64,000 bases of DNA from Octopus vulgaris. Taxonomy: Eukaryota. Below the pieces are notes generated by a model. That model searched no databases. It worked only from the letters and a program-made list of their open reading frames with translations, and was not told the origin of the DNA. Both the position numbers and the translations under genes were made by a program. Below, one piece after another: positions 14,155 through 28,921 of this stretch. Where the stretch lies: the NCBI GenBank assembly GCA_951406725.2, contig OX597815.1:205034001-205098000 (forward strand), in the 5' to 3' direction. The first letter of the stretch is position 1. Each line of letters starts with the position of its first letter.

Positions 14155-14551
14155 CTAGCAGTATCACCCGGCGTTGCTTGGGTTTGTAAGGGAAATAACT
14201 ATATAAGCATTTTTAGAGATGTAAAGTATAATAGCCATCTCAATATGGCTAACCACAAAGGGGGGGTGTTACTGTAGCTTTTTACGTTCTGAGATTTAAT
14301 AATAAATTTTTAGAGAGTTGCTTCCCTTATATATGCCAAAAATGCATTAAAAAATGGGAAAAATTTATGGTAATTTTTTTTTTTAATCATAGCCTCATCG
14401 TAGACGCGCGCTAATACCCAGAAGGGCTCGATATGAATCACGACTATAAGATACCCGGTTTTGGTTAAACTGCACCACAAAATGTAGGAGTAGTTAGGAA
14501 TCTAAATCGTAGGAGACAGACAGCACACAACCTCATTTTTATATATAAAGA
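14155..14551 (-). mobile_element. Non-autonomous Helitron
   Basis: Minus strand starts TC (TCTTTATATATAAAA), ends with hairpin CCCAAGCAACGCCGGG plus CTAG, and sits between A and T. Second copy at 36762. Confidence 0.85.
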
Positions 14552-14935
14552 TTACACCAGTAAATTGCTATCACAAATGTTTGAAACTGAGCTCAAAACA
14601 GATTCGATCAGCCAATAACTTATATCTCACAAAAAGAGATCCCCAATATTTTACTACTGTCGCCAAGGTCAACTTTGCCTTTCATCCTTTTGGGGTTGAT
14701 AAAATAAGTACCAGTTGAGCTCGGTTGGGAGGTCGATGTAATCGACTTACCCCTCCCCTGAAATTGCTGGCTTTGTGCAATATTTTACACGTGTTCTCAC
14801 TGTTGTATCACCGAATGTATGGTCTTTGGAACTGCTATTCTTGACAACAACGTCTGTTTATTTTTTCCCCCTCTTCAGAATTTCTATAACTGCCGTTGAT
14901 CTTCATATGGGAAGAATAATTAAAAACAAAGTACA

Positions 14936-15329
14936 GGCGCAGGAGTGGCTGTGTGGTAAGTAGCTTGTTTACCAACCACTCGGTTCCGGGTTCAGTCCCA
15001 CTGCGTGGCACCTTGGGCAAGTGTCTTCTACTATAGCCTTGTGAGTGGATTTGGTAGACGGAAACTGAAAAGAAGCCCGTCGTATATATGTATATATATA
15101 TATGCGTGTGTGTGTTTGTGTGTCTGTGTTTGTCCCCCTAGCATTGCTTGACAACCGATGCTGGTGTGTTTATGTCGCCGTTACTTAGCGGTTCGGCAAA
15201 AAGCGACCGATAGCATAAGTACTGGGCTTACAAAAGAATAAGTCCCGGGGTCGAGTTGCTCGATTAAAGGCGGTGCTCCAGCATGGCCGCAGTCAAATGA
15301 CTGAAACAAGTAAAAGAGTAAAAGAGTAA
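14936..15329 (+). mobile_element. SINE family B (CORE-like CACCTTGGGCAAG segment, internal microsatellite)
   Basis: Near-identical to the copies at 43163, 45059, 57509 and 63204. Confidence 0.92.
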
Positions 15330-15740
15330 TAGTTTCAGCGGTAGAAAACAAATAAGACCGGCATAGACAGACAGACAGACTTTGCGGGTGAGAGGTGTCA
15401 GCTCCCATAATATCACTCACTAATAAGTTCTTATGTCTGACACAAAGTCTTTGATTTATAGGGGAGCAGAAGGACGAGTGTTCTGAAAAATGTCACTGAA
15501 TAAAATATCACTAAGATATGTCATTGTTTTCGACTAGACAACAGATGTCGACACTTTGCCCTTCTGTCTATCACAGTGGAAGTAGGTTAAAAATTTGGGG
15601 GCCTGATAGTTGATTTTTTTTCCCCCTTTTATAACTGGGGAGTTAAAAGCTAGCGTAGAATGTTTGAGTGAAGGTTGGTAACTAGTGTTGATTGAAACTT
15701 TTAATTTTAACCATATATATATATATATATCTATTTGCAT

Positions 15741-15800
<60 letters not shown>

Positions 15801-16554
15801 ATATGTATGTATGTATTTATAGTTACAGCGAAGATACATATTTTAAAAACAATGTTATGCATCATACATAGAAAGGTTTCATTTTAAAACTGTTAGAAAT
15901 ATTTAAGATGCTTTCAAATCGTCTCGTGAACACCCAGAATGAAACAGGTCACATGTGTTCTTTGAAAGCCAACTGTATTTTCTCTTCAAAGTATTAAACG
16001 CTAAAGAAGTTTACAGTGTTTTTTGCTTCTTGTTGTTTTCGGTGCACATGTATTACATATTTCTGAAATCGCAATGGATAGCAGAAATTAGTGGTACAAT
16101 GCCGAACGTGTACTACATCGACTTGTTACGCTCATTTCAGTTCTGACTCTAAACTGCTCTTCTAATTCTTTCTGCCTTCGCCTAATTTTGTTGTCTTGCG
16201 TTTAATTCAAAAATAACAACAGATTTTTATTTTAAATTCTTTGATAGTAATTATTTCTTAAGATTGAATTTCGAACAATGACTTTTTTTGATATGGTTAT
16301 GCGATTAAATAGTTCACTTTCCAACCTCCTGGTTCCAAGTTCGATTCTACAGCGCGGCGCTTAGGCACGTATTTTATATATCATAGTCTTGGGTGAACAA
16401 TGTCGACTTTATGAGTCAAATTAAATTTGGTGGATAAAAACAATGTATATATATATGCGTCACACACATACATATGTGTATTATTATTATTTGTGTCAGC
16501 AAGAGATACTTAATAAATTATAGCATCATTTTGTGAACAATGGTCTCGTTGGTC

Positions 16555-16585
<31 letters not shown>

Positions 16586-16623
16586 TATATACATACATAC
16601 ACGTATATATGTATATATAAATG

Positions 16624-16690
<67 letters not shown>

Positions 16691-17563
16691 ATACATACAT
16701 ACACACATGAAAGGTAGAAAAAGTTGTGCCCTCCTCTGAAAGACCAAAAATGAACGACTTAACGATACAACATCTATAGTCAGATGACAATTATAGAATA
16801 AAAAATGTCAGATATGGAGAGGGCAAGGAATGAATACCTCAGAGGAGTAAAGAGAGTAAGGTGATCAGAACTCTCAGATTACAGATTACAATGTACATAT
16901 TGCCCACAACACATTTGTAGTGCATGTCCTTACGCCTACGTTTGGCCTTCTGAACTTGTCACTACAAGAACTCAATGAGAGGGATACAAACAGGCTGTAC
17001 TTTCTACACAACGACGGTGGTTGTGGTCTCAAATCTGTACTGATGTCATATGAAACACGTATTTTGTCCGTCGCTACGTTCTGAGTTCAAATTCCGCCGA
17101 GGTCGACTTTGCCTTTCATCCTTTCAGGGTCAAAAAATTAAGTACCAGTTGAACAGTGGTGGTGGGGGGTCGATGTATCTATCGATACATCTCTTCCCCC
17201 AAATTGGCTGCAGCAGAGAAAATAGACCAGTTACTATCTTGCCCAAGTCTGTGACCATGAAATCAACAACATAATTAGGACATCTAATGAACATCTAACG
17301 AAAGAAGAGACGTATAAAATAAAAGATGATACAGATTTCTCCCCAAGGAGCATCAGTAAAATCTACATACCAGAGTGAAATTAAGAATGGACCGAGTCAC
17401 TGAGAAGATAGTACATAGGTGCTTGGCACGAAAAACACAATCCATAGAAGGGACTGATCATGTCAAAATACTTGGCATGGAATACCGACAAGTTTATGAC
17501 ATCCCACTTCGGAGGTTACCTTATTCAAGAATAAGAGATCCCCACCAAATACTTACAGCATAA

Positions 17564-17953
17564 TGGATGGAAGCACTCCGTCGGTTACGACGACGAGGGT
17601 TCCGGTTGATCCGATCAACGGAACAGCCTCCTCGTGAAATTAACGTGTAAGTGGCTGAGCACTCCACAGACTCGTGTACCCTTAACGTAGTTCTCGGGGA
17701 TATTCAGCGTGACACAGAGAGTGACAAGGCCGGCCCTTTGAAATACAGGTACAACAGAAACAGGAAGTAAGAGTGAGAGAAAGTTGTGGTGAAAGAGTAC
17801 AGCAGGGATCACCACCATCCCCTGCCGGAGCCTCGTGGAGCTTTTAGGTGTTTTCGCTCAATAAACACTCACAACGCCCGGTCTGGGAATCGAAACCGCG
17901 ATCCTATGATCGCGAGTCCGCTGCCCTAACCACTGGGCCATTGCGCCTCCACA
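17564..17953 (-). mobile_element. tRNA(Arg)-like SINE, family C, full length
   Basis: Nearly identical to 6914-7299; 11-bp TSD TTACAGCATAA (17553-17563, 17954-17964). Confidence 0.92.
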
Positions 17954-18189
17954 TTACAGCATAAAAGACAGAAAATATTGACATACAGCAAATGTAGGCT
18001 ATGCAAGACTAAGACTGAAGACATCAACCACATTCTTGTACACTGCGGAGAAATGTTTTCCAGATATTGTCTTCCTATGATGTATGATGCAGAAGCCAGA
18101 TCAGTCTGGATCAGTATAAAAAAAAAAAGAAGGCACCTACAAACGAAGTTGACTATATTGAGACTGATTGGTTAAAAGAATATTCATAT

Positions 18190-18670
18190 TCATCATTGTT
18201 CGACCGTGGTCGAGACAATGGAATTTACCATGCTACCCCAGACTTCACAGTCCATCATGGCATTACGGAGGTCCTGTTGCTGGATGCCTGTATCCCTGGA
18301 GATTACATCAGGGTAGGAGAGTGTGCGCCCTCTGGTATTGCGAGTAGATGGCTTCCAGAGGAGAAGAGTAGAAATTACCTCTTTTTCAGCTCTACAACAA
18401 TGTCCAGCAAACTGGACTCTCTTACCTTTCACAAGAGATGACACTGGTGGTAGTTTCCCATATATTTGCATTTTGGTTGGATGGCGCCTCCACGAGAGAT
18501 TTTGAGCTCTCATAAGGAGGCGAGTGTAGGTTCCATCCAACCGCCTCTCAAGCTTCTTTGATAACGTCCAGGTTTCTAAGCCATATAGTAGAATTGGTTC
18601 GACTGTGGCTTTGAAGATTTCAAGTTTGAAGTCTCTACTTAGATTTGATGACCAGATCTTATGCATGTCA
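18190..18670 (-). pseudogene. 5'-truncated RTE-clade LINE (ORF C-terminus)
   Basis: KLEIFKATVEPILLYGLETWTL...RVQFAGHCCR...GRTLSY...AMMDCEVW is typical of the RTE post-RT region; stop followed by a short TGA tail. Confidence 0.88.
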
Positions 18671-19149
18671 TTACATATTGGTGGAACTTAAAAATTTAAA
18701 CAGCCACGAGGTTAAAACTCAGCTGGCCAGATATTGTTGTGTGGGACCACAAGGAAAAGATATGTTCTCATGTGGAAATCAGTTACCCTCTGGACACCAA
18801 TATGGTTAGAAAAATTCAAGAGAAAGAGGACATCTATGGACCATTGATAAGGAGTTTGCAAATCCAGTACCGAAGATACATTTTCACCTTCACACCTATT
18901 ATCATTGGGATAACAGGATACATACCAGCCAGTTCTGGAGCCAAGTATGGCTGAACTTGGGTTCTTGGGGAGATGATGCAAATCCTTAATTCATACACTT
19001 CAAAGATCACGATATCAGGGACTATGAAAATCTGCAAGACCTCAAGATTTAAAGGATGGAAAACAAAACAAGATGTTTTCCTTCACATCTTTGCTACCAG
19101 GAAGGTGGTTAGTCAAAATTTATTCTAAATTAAAAGAGAAAGAGATCAA

Positions 19150-19512
19150 ACATACATACATACATACATACATACATACATACATACATACATAAAGCAT
19201 ACATACATACATATATATACATACATACATACATACATACATGCATACATACATACATACATGCATACATACATACACACATACATACATACATACATAC
19301 ACACACATACATACATACACACACACACAAACATACATACACACACACATAAACACATACATACATACACACACACACACATACATACATACACACACAC
19401 ATACATACACACATACATAAATACATGCATTCATACATACATACATACACACACACATACATACATACACATACATACATACATACATACATACATACAC
19501 ACATACACACAT

Positions 19513-19543
<31 letters not shown>

Positions 19544-19852
19544 TACATACATACATACATACATACATACACACATACATACATACAGACACACATACAC
19601 ACACACATGCATACATACATACATACACACACACACATACACACATACATACATACAGACACACACACACATGCATACATACATAGATACATACATACAC
19701 ACACACACATACACACATACATACATACATACATACATAGATACATACATACACACATACACACACACATGCATACATACATACATACACACACACATAC
19801 ACACATACATACATACAGACACACACACACACATGCATACATACATACATAG

Positions 19853-19883
<31 letters not shown>

Positions 19884-19942
19884 TACATACATACATACAT
19901 ACACACACACACATACATACATACATACATACATACATACAT

Positions 19943-19975
<33 letters not shown>

Positions 19976-20024
19976 TACATACATACATACATACATACAT
20001 ACACACACACATACACACATACAT

Positions 20025-20055
<31 letters not shown>

Positions 20056-20140
20056 TACACACATACATACATACATACACACATACATACATACACTCAC
20101 ACACACATACACACACACACACATACATACATACATACAC
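19150..20140. repeat. (ATAC)n/(AC)n compound microsatellite
   Basis: Seen directly. Confidence 0.97.
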
Positions 20141-22339
20141 ATCTTCCTAAACGACTATATGAGGTTTGCTATATAATTTGCAAACCCTACCAAAATATTT
20201 TTTCGAGCAAATTAACGTTGCTGCTGCTGCTGCTGCTGCTGCTACTGCCTTCGCTGCTGTTGTTGTTTTAGACTCAGGTCCAACAGAACTACAAATGAAG
20301 ACGTTCCAACAATAACCATCTCGTCTTCTTTTTTTTTTATTATTTTATTTTATTTTTTCAAACATAATATTTTCAAGACAACATTATCTAATGTATCCTA
20401 CATTTTTTTAAAGAGACTACGATGACATGATACAAATTTTGCAACTATTTCGGTCATATTGAGCAATCAAATCGAGAGACCTCCCTCGTTGTCTTGACAA
20501 GTAGTAGTTACTAATGGTATAGGATACTGTTAGCAATTAACATCAAAGTATAATATTACATAAGAACCAGATGGTTAAAAGGAAACGTTAAATATTTTAT
20601 TTAAATTCAGAGGGAAACGTCCTTCAACAAGAGGTAAGTTAAACACTTCAGAAAATGATGTTTCACTTTACTTCTTACTTCAGGCTCTGTGCCATTTCTT
20701 ATCGTCTGGTGTTACTGAATCTCATTCCAGTTGAATTAGAGCTATTATAATGAATGCAGTGAGAGAAAAAGTATATCAATAGTAAAGACGAAAAACATTA
20801 GCTTAAGGATATTGTTTTAATCTGATCATGGCAAGTACGAATGACAACACCAGACATGTTTTGCTCTTATTAGATCTCCTCATCTATACTTATCCTTCTC
20901 TGTATTTGCCAAATACCAAATTAAAGGTATTACTGTATTGATATACGGTGTTGGTAAGAGGCCGGGTGCTTTAAGAAATCACAAGAAAACCTAAGAATTA
21001 ACAAGTACCTTTTAAAATTTGTTCAAATTATATTTTATCAAACTTACACATTAGAAAGTAATGAATTAATTTCTATTGGTTTTCTAACTCTTTTTTAATC
21101 CCGAAAAATAATAATCCTTTTTACTATGGGCACAACGCCTGAAATTTCGGTGGAGGGGGCGAGTCGATTAGATCGACCTCAGCATCCAAAAGGATGAAAA
21201 GTAATGTCGACCCAGGCAGAATTTGAATTCTGAACTCAGAAGAAATGCTGTTAAGAATTTTCGTCCGGATGGTTAACGATTCTAGCAACTGCCTTAATAG
21301 CAACAATAATAATAATGATTGCTTCTAATCTGGACAAAAAACCAATAATTTTGATGAGAAGGGGTTAGTTGATAGCATCGACTCCGTTTACTTGAATGGT
21401 ACTTATTTTGTCGACCCCGAAGGGATAAAAGTCGAAGCTGACCTCGGCAGGATTTGATCTCAGAACACAGAGTGAGAAAAAAAAAATCCGTGAAACACTT
21501 TGTCCTATGCCTTAACGATCTGCCAGGTCACCGACCATTTTATCCAGGCCAGCAGTTTCGAGCGAGATGGTTAGTCGATAAAATCAACTCTAATATCTGA
21601 CTAATATCTTATTTTATCCACCCCCAAAAGAATGAAAGGCAAGATTGACCCGGATAGGATTTCAAACCAGAAAATATAGAACAATTACCCCCACGGTACT
21701 TTTTTTCGATGCTCTAACGACTCTGCGAATTCACAACTCGAACAGCGCTTTACCACTACTCAATTGATATATAAGAATCTGTTTTATTATTGGCACAAGG
21801 CCTGAAATATGTGGGGGAGGAATCGGTCGATTACATCGGCCCCAGTACTTAACTGGTACTTATTTTATCGACACTGAAAGGTAATGTCGACTTCAGCGGC
21901 ATTTGAACCCAGAAGGCATAAAAAAAAATCCCAGCAAATGCCGCTGAACAGTTTGCCCGGTGCGCTACCGACTCTGCCAGCTCGCCACATCCAGTCAAAC
22001 CTAATAATCTACACTATAAAATGTTGAAAGTATCCACACCGCATAATTATTACTAATTAATTAATTGCCTTTTCCTTCGCTATATTAATTATGATAGCAC
22101 TTACTTGACTGTTGTTTTTCGTGCAGATCATTAACAAATTTTTCACTGACGTCATTAAGTACACCAACACTAACTGGATTCATTTTAATGCATGCCATTG
22201 GCTAATTTTAGTTTTGGCGAATATTAAGGAAATAGCTTCCGGTCAAAAATCTTAGTAACCTCTTCATATATATATATACATACATGCATACATACACAGA
22301 CACAGACACACACACACATATATAGGTGCGCGCGCGCGT

Positions 22340-22748
22340 GTATGTATGTATGGATGTATGGATGTATGGATGTATGTATGTATGTATGTATGTATGTATG
22401 TATGTATGTATGTATGTATGTATGTATGAGTATCTATGTATGTATGTATGTAGTATGTATGTATGTATGTATGTATGTATGTATGTATGTATGTATGTAT
22501 GTATGTATGTATGTATGTATGTAGTATGTATGTATGTATGTATGTATGTATGTATGTATGTATGTAGTATGTATGTATGTATGTATGTATGTATGTATGT
22601 ATGTATGTATGTATGTATGTATGTATGTATGTATGTATGTATGTTTGTATGTATGTATGTATGTATGAGTATCTATGTATGTATGTGTGTGTGTGTGTAG
22701 TATGTATGTATGTATGTTTGTATGTATGTATGTATGTGTGTGTGTGTG
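22340..22748. repeat. (ATGT)n microsatellite
   Basis: Seen directly. Confidence 0.97.
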
Positions 22749-22749
22749 T

Positions 22750-23218
<469 letters not shown>

Positions 23219-23223
23219 TCTGT

Positions 23224-23262
<39 letters not shown>

Positions 23263-23768
23263 TGTGTGTGTGTGTGTGTGTGTGTTGTGTGTGTGTAAAC
23301 CCTTATCCACAGATCAAACGGCTGACTTATACTGCGCTAACTTGTCCAGTAAGCACAAAATATGCCTATTGTTATTAGCGTTCTCGCTAACAAAGATGAG
23401 ATTTACTCACAAACATCAGAATCAAAGAATTTTACTAAGTTCTAATTTCTTGAAATTAACCCCGCCTTTTTTTTGTGAGTAACGATTGCTGCTTGGTTCT
23501 TATTTTCTTTCTCCAACCAAGAATGCTTCAATTAAAATATCTTTGCGTAAGCCAGTCAATACGCCAACACTTGCATTACCCGGAGTCATCTTCAAACCAC
23601 ATTCCATACCACTCGAGCGAATGACTGAGTCTCTATGCGGTCATTTGACCCACTAAAAATAATAGCCAAATTATCTTTAAATCACATCATGCAATTTTTT
23701 TAAAGTGGAGTGTGGGGTGGGGTTAGGGACTGGATAATGCAGTCTGATATAAACGGCCTTAAAATAAA

Positions 23769-23940
23769 TAACGGGAAGGTTTACGAAAATAAACAAAAGA
23801 CGAAGGCAGGTGGAGTACAAACAAACAAATGTATTAGTATGGCGCTCAGGAATAGAGATAGAAAAAGTCTTTTACGTTTCGAGCCTACGCTCTTCGACAG
23901 AAAGATACACAGAAAAAAACAAGGAGAGAAACAAGGAGAG
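23769..23940 (-). mobile_element. H1 element with minimal hammerhead (23868-23905)
   Basis: Minus strand TCTTT-CTGTCGA-A-GAGC-GTAG-GCTC-GAAACGT-A-AAAGA. Confidence 0.82.
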
Positions 23941-24844
23941 AAAAAAAAAAGGAGAGAAAAAAAAAAGGAGAGAAAAAAAGGAGGGAAAAAATAAGGAGAG
24001 AAAAAATAAATAATAAGATAGTAATAGCTAGAACGTTTCTGATCATAGGTCTAATCGATCATGGGTTCCCTCGTAGGAAGAAAGACAATGTCAAGTTGAG
24101 CAGTGTTTGAGCGTGAAATGCACAACGGCAAATTGAAATTTTCAATTATTGTCGTTGTCAACGCAATCGTCCGGCTACAATAACGAACGTCTGCAACCCT
24201 TTGATAATCAATTGTGACTTTGCGATAAGGTTACTGGCCCTAACCATTGGTGGGATTGGAATCTGTAAACGGGAATTGAACTCATAACGCAAAGAGCTGA
24301 AACAAACTGCAAAGCAGTTTATAATCATTCCGACGTTATAATAATTCCGCCAATCCACCACTTTGAAGTGGTACTTGATTTATCGATCCCGAAAAGAGGA
24401 AAGAGAAAGGTAACCTCGGCGGAATTTGAATTCGTAGCGCAAATAGCCTGAACAGATACTACAAACACTTTATCTGACACTCTAGCGACCCTGCCACTTT
24501 CGTTGCCTTAAATTCCATGTAATGTGATGGTGTTCAAGTGTTTACCGTCATTCACTGTTCTTAATAATGAGTCCAAAATTTGACACAAAGCTAATAATTT
24601 TAAGGGAGTGAGGTAAGTCGAATACATCGATCCCAGTGCTCAACAGATAGTTATTTTATCAACATCGAAAAGATGAAAATCAAAGTCGAATTTCGGCAAA
24701 ATTTGAACGCAGAACGTAAAGAAATGCCGCAAAATATCTTTATTCGACTCGCTAACGATTCTCCCAGCTCAATGCTCTTAATAATAAAAATATACAATAA
24801 ATATTTACAATTGATACGATAAATAGGTATGTACACTAATTATT

Positions 24845-25142
24845 GTGGAGGCACATGGCCTAGTGGTTAGAGCAGCGGACTCGCGGTCGAGGGATCGCGG
24901 ATTCGAATCTCAGACCGGGCGATGTGTGTGCTTATGAACGAAACACCTAAGCTCCACGCGGCTCCGGTAGAAAGTAATAGCGAACTTCTGCTGACTCTTT
25001 CGCCACAACTTTCTCTCACCCTTGCATATTGCAGCTTCCCTGCGACAGACCGGCGTCCCATCCAGGTGGGGAACCTATACGCCAAGGAAACCGGGAAGCC
25101 GACCCTTATGAGCCAGGCAAGGCTCGAGAAAGAACAAACAAC
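24845..25142 (+). mobile_element. tRNA(Arg)-headed SINE with a different 3' body (V/Meta-like segment)
   Basis: Head like family C, but the body contains CCCTGCGACAGACCGGCGTCCCATCCAGG...GGAAACCGG. Confidence 0.75.
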
Positions 25143-26453
25143 ACTAATTATTGAATTTCAAGTTGTACACCATTAATATTGATTCACGCAGGAGCGTGAA
25201 TCAATAGAAACGGTTGCTTTACCTTTCTGTGATCAGATGTATGCATAATCGAATGATCAGCTTTATTGGCTTCTGTTTGGGTCTGGGAGAAACATTCGAC
25301 ATCAAATCTCAGTTCATGAAACACGTTCGCGGCATAATTTGAACTCAGAACGGGAAATATGTAAGTAAGATACTGCAAGGTACTTCACTTATGCCCTACC
25401 AATTCTGCCGTCCACCAAGAATAGTAGTAGAGTCGTCAGAGCGTCCAGCAGAATGTCTTGTGCTTTTCGTCCCGGTTCTTTGGGCGCTGAGTTCAAATCA
25501 CGACGAGGTCAATTATTATAAAGATCTATAAATTTATCTTTTATTTATAGATCTTCATTTGTTAGTGTTTTCGATTATGTCTGTGGGGTTTTTTTTTTTG
25601 TGCTCAATTATTGAAAGTGTAACCCTCAGATTTGTTTGATTCTGTTAAGATTTCGTGTGTTTTCGATTTCATTCCATACTTATAGCATGTAAACCGTCTA
25701 AATCCGATCCAAATATTCCACCTGTTAAATATTCAAACAACCCGATCTGGCCTCTCACACCTACCCAGCCATGCCATTCTAAAAATAACCAATCACATCA
25801 TCGAAATCTCGAAGCTATGAGGTAATGTACGAATAATTCAAAACAATGTATATAAAAAAGCATTATATTTGACAGAGTAATCTGAATGCTAAAGGGTTAA
25901 AGTGAAACACTTGAACACATGAAATGACAAGCAGAATAATATTGTAATTGTTGGGTAGGATTTGAAGAAACATATATAAACTACCAACCTATCAACTCTA
26001 CCTCATGAAATCTTGAGGTAGCCAACATGGGAATGTCAACGTAGTTACTCTTCACGATTTGCCAGATCCCAACCAAATCTCCTTAAAATTACAGCCTAGT
26101 GTCTTAAAAAAGGAAGGACACATTGTAAAATGTAATCCTTTTATGCAGAACGATGGCATATTCAAGGTTAGGATGTCTGCTCGACCAAGGTTCGCTTCGA
26201 GTTAAACAACTGCAATAACAATATTACGATTTCAATTCACAGTTGAAGCCGATTCACTAAGTTTATCGACTTGGAAAGGACATGCCAATAATGTCGTTCA
26301 CTCTGCTAGAAATAGCAACCATGTCTCTTTCAAATCCCACTCTAACATCTTAAAACTAGAAACGTACATTTGACTGGATAATCTCTGATATGTAAATATA
26401 CGGGGTGGTCTTGGGTGGGACATCTTTGGGGTTCGATCAGCGATGACCTAGAA

Positions 26454-26794
26454 CAAAGGTTCTCAACCGGGGTCCATTTAGCCCTTCATGGTCAATATAA
26501 GATTTTTGGGAGTCCATGCAACAAAACAGTAAATCGGAGATCCAAAACAGTATTTTAAAGGCTCCTGAAAATATTTTGCTTTAGATGTATGTATTGGTTT
26601 GTATTGCAAGAAATAGCTGTTTCTTTCTCTAACATTTTACATAGTTCAACCTACACAAGTTAATGTATGAAAGACAAAACAAGAATTTTAGAAGTTTCTA
26701 TAAAAATTTTAAACATCGAGTGGCGATAGAAGTCTACCAGAATAAAATAGCAATCAAAGGTGACCATAGATTCTAAAATGGTCGAAAACCTTTG
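26454..26794. mobile_element. hAT-type MITE
   Basis: TIRs CAAAGGTTCTCAACC / GGTCGAAAACCTTTG; 8-bp TSD ACCTAGAA / ACCTAGAG. Confidence 0.75.
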
Positions 26795-27580
26795 ACCTAG
26801 AGCTTAAAATAACAGCAAGTGACTGAGGGCTATTTAAAGGCAGAAATGGGTCGGTCAAGCTAGATATTGCAAAGCATCATGCCTGTTACAGTGGAGGTTT
26901 AGTCAATTCATTCGCTTTGTTAAGAGTTTCAAATATATCTCACCCCTGCACGGGGCCGGGCAAAGAAGTTATCTTTCACTCAGCACTGCCTTTTATCGCA
27001 TATCAGATTTGTCATAGACTAAAGTATTGTTTCCTCTTTGGTAAATAATGGCAGACTGTCTGATAGGAGAAACAATCCGTTGTTTGATATCGCCAAAGAT
27101 TTTCTTAATCTTCAGACAATGGTATTGGTGTGTTGTTGTTGTTGTTGCTGCTGATCTTGCTGTTGTTGGTGGTGGTGGTCAGTGTTATTTTGGTAGTGAT
27201 ATACGAGTCGTGACTGTATTACGGTTGTCACAGTTGCTGGTGATGATGATGTTTGTCATCGCCGTGATGGTGATGATGATGATGATGATGACGATGACGA
27301 TGACGATGATGATGACGACGTCGATGATGATGACGATGATGATGATGATGAAAATGATGATGATGATGACGATGATGATGATGATGATGATGAAGATGAT
27401 GATGATGATAATGATGGAGATGATGATGATTATGTTCATGGCGGCGTCTGGTCTGATATTCTTGTGTGGGAGTATGAAGAAACTGATTAAAGCCGTTACT
27501 TGAGAAACTGGCAGGAAAGTGTGTGTGTATGTGTGTGTGCGTACGCGAACAAATATACATATATATATATATATATATTT

Positions 27581-27953
27581 GTGGCTGTGTGGTAAGAAGC
27601 TTGCTTCCCAACCACATGGTTCCGGGTTCAGTCCCACTGCGTATCACCTTGGGCATGAGTCTTCTACTATAGCCTCGAGCCATCCAAATCCTTGTGTGTG
27701 AATTTAGTAGACGGAAACAGAAATAAGGCCGATGAATATATAAGTATGTGTGTGTGTGTCTTTGTGTCTGTGTTTGACTCCCACCACTGCTTGACAACCG
27801 CTGTTGGTGTGTTTGTGTTCCCATAACTTAGCGATTCGGCAAAAGAGATTGATAGAATAAGTATCGGACTTTAAAATGAGGTACTGGGGTCGATTCATTC
27901 GAGTAAAAATTCAAGGCGGTGCCCCAACATGGCTGCAGCCTAATGACTGAAAC
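27581..27953 (+). mobile_element. SINE family B (diverged)
   Basis: Similar to the full-length copies. Confidence 0.8.
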
Positions 27954-27954
27954 A

Positions 27955-27996
<42 letters not shown>

Positions 27997-28005
27997 ACAT
28001 ACACA

Positions 28006-28065
<60 letters not shown>

Positions 28066-28275
28066 GTTCAATTCAAAGAACAAAGAATTAAGAAACAGAG
28101 AAAAAAGAAAAAAAACGAACGTGAGGACGTTCTCAAGAAACATATTAATTTGACGCTCGGTGAATGGAAAGAGTTGTTAAAGTTTCGAGCATAGTTCTTC
28201 ATCGGAAAGAGATAAGTCCAAGGAGAAAGAAGGAAGAACGAGGAAAAATCACCAACAATCCAAATGCGGTTACAT
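28066..28275 (-). mobile_element. Diverged H2 element with degenerate hammerhead
   Basis: Minus strand CCGATGA-A-GAAC-TAT-GCTC-GAAACTT; abuts (TA)n. Confidence 0.6.
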
Positions 28276-28862
28276 TTCTGAAGTGACCGGAAGTGGAAGG
28301 AAAAAAAAAATGGTGTCTGATATATATTTGACGGCGTATATAAAACGATAAAGTTCCGGTTCTTGGATCAAATGTTCTGGGGGTCATATCCCCACAAGTG
28401 ACACTGTATACCGATGTCCAGGTTTCGTATTTGTTTAACTGTCAGCGTAAGATCTGTGAGAGGGTGACATACGAAGAAACAATGCTTGTGTCAAAAACTA
28501 ACGTTTTACGCTCTAATAGCTGAGTTAAGGCGATTTCCTTATGGCTGTATAATAGCCGTACGGTCACCATAATCCAACTGTAACGATACTGTAACCTCTT
28601 ATGCGGTCGGTTGGTCTTCTAGAAATATCAGCTAAGCTCTCTTCAAATTATTTTAAACTAAAGATGTAAGACACGTTGGGAGGATGCTAACCTCTTTTCG
28701 AACTTTGACAACGAAAGATCGAGCAGCTTTCAGGAAGTGAACTATTTCTGTATCACTAGGGATGCACTTTTAAGGCAATCTGAAAAGTCAGGTAAAAATG
28801 AAAAGGTAGCATAAAATTAGAGTTCATGAAAGAGATATCCTCAAAAGTCTGACGCACCCTCT

Positions 28863-28921
<59 letters not shown>

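Larger units (their letters stand above)
16880..19050 (+). pseudogene. Decayed R4/Dong-like (RLE) non-LTR retrotransposon 3' half, split by three insertions
   Basis: DTNRLYFLHNDGGCGLKS (~16983; cf. D.DRLY.PR..GGRGL), CRLCKTKTEDINHILVHC zinc knuckle (~17993), WPDIVVWDHKEKICSHVEISYPLD PD-(D/E)xK-type endonuclease (~18724-18800); stops and frameshifts present. Confidence 0.8.

Noticed and set aside
20611-20745. Possible small exons on either strand (AG...GTAAGT)
   Set aside because: Short, with no supporting reading frame or homology; expected by chance.
22147-22245. TGACGTCA plus ATTGG and CTTCCGG motif cluster
   Set aside because: Short motifs alone cannot support an enhancer call.
24845-24920. 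tRNA-Arg gene
   Set aside because: The tRNA-like head runs directly into a SINE body, and the acceptor stem and terminator are not intact.
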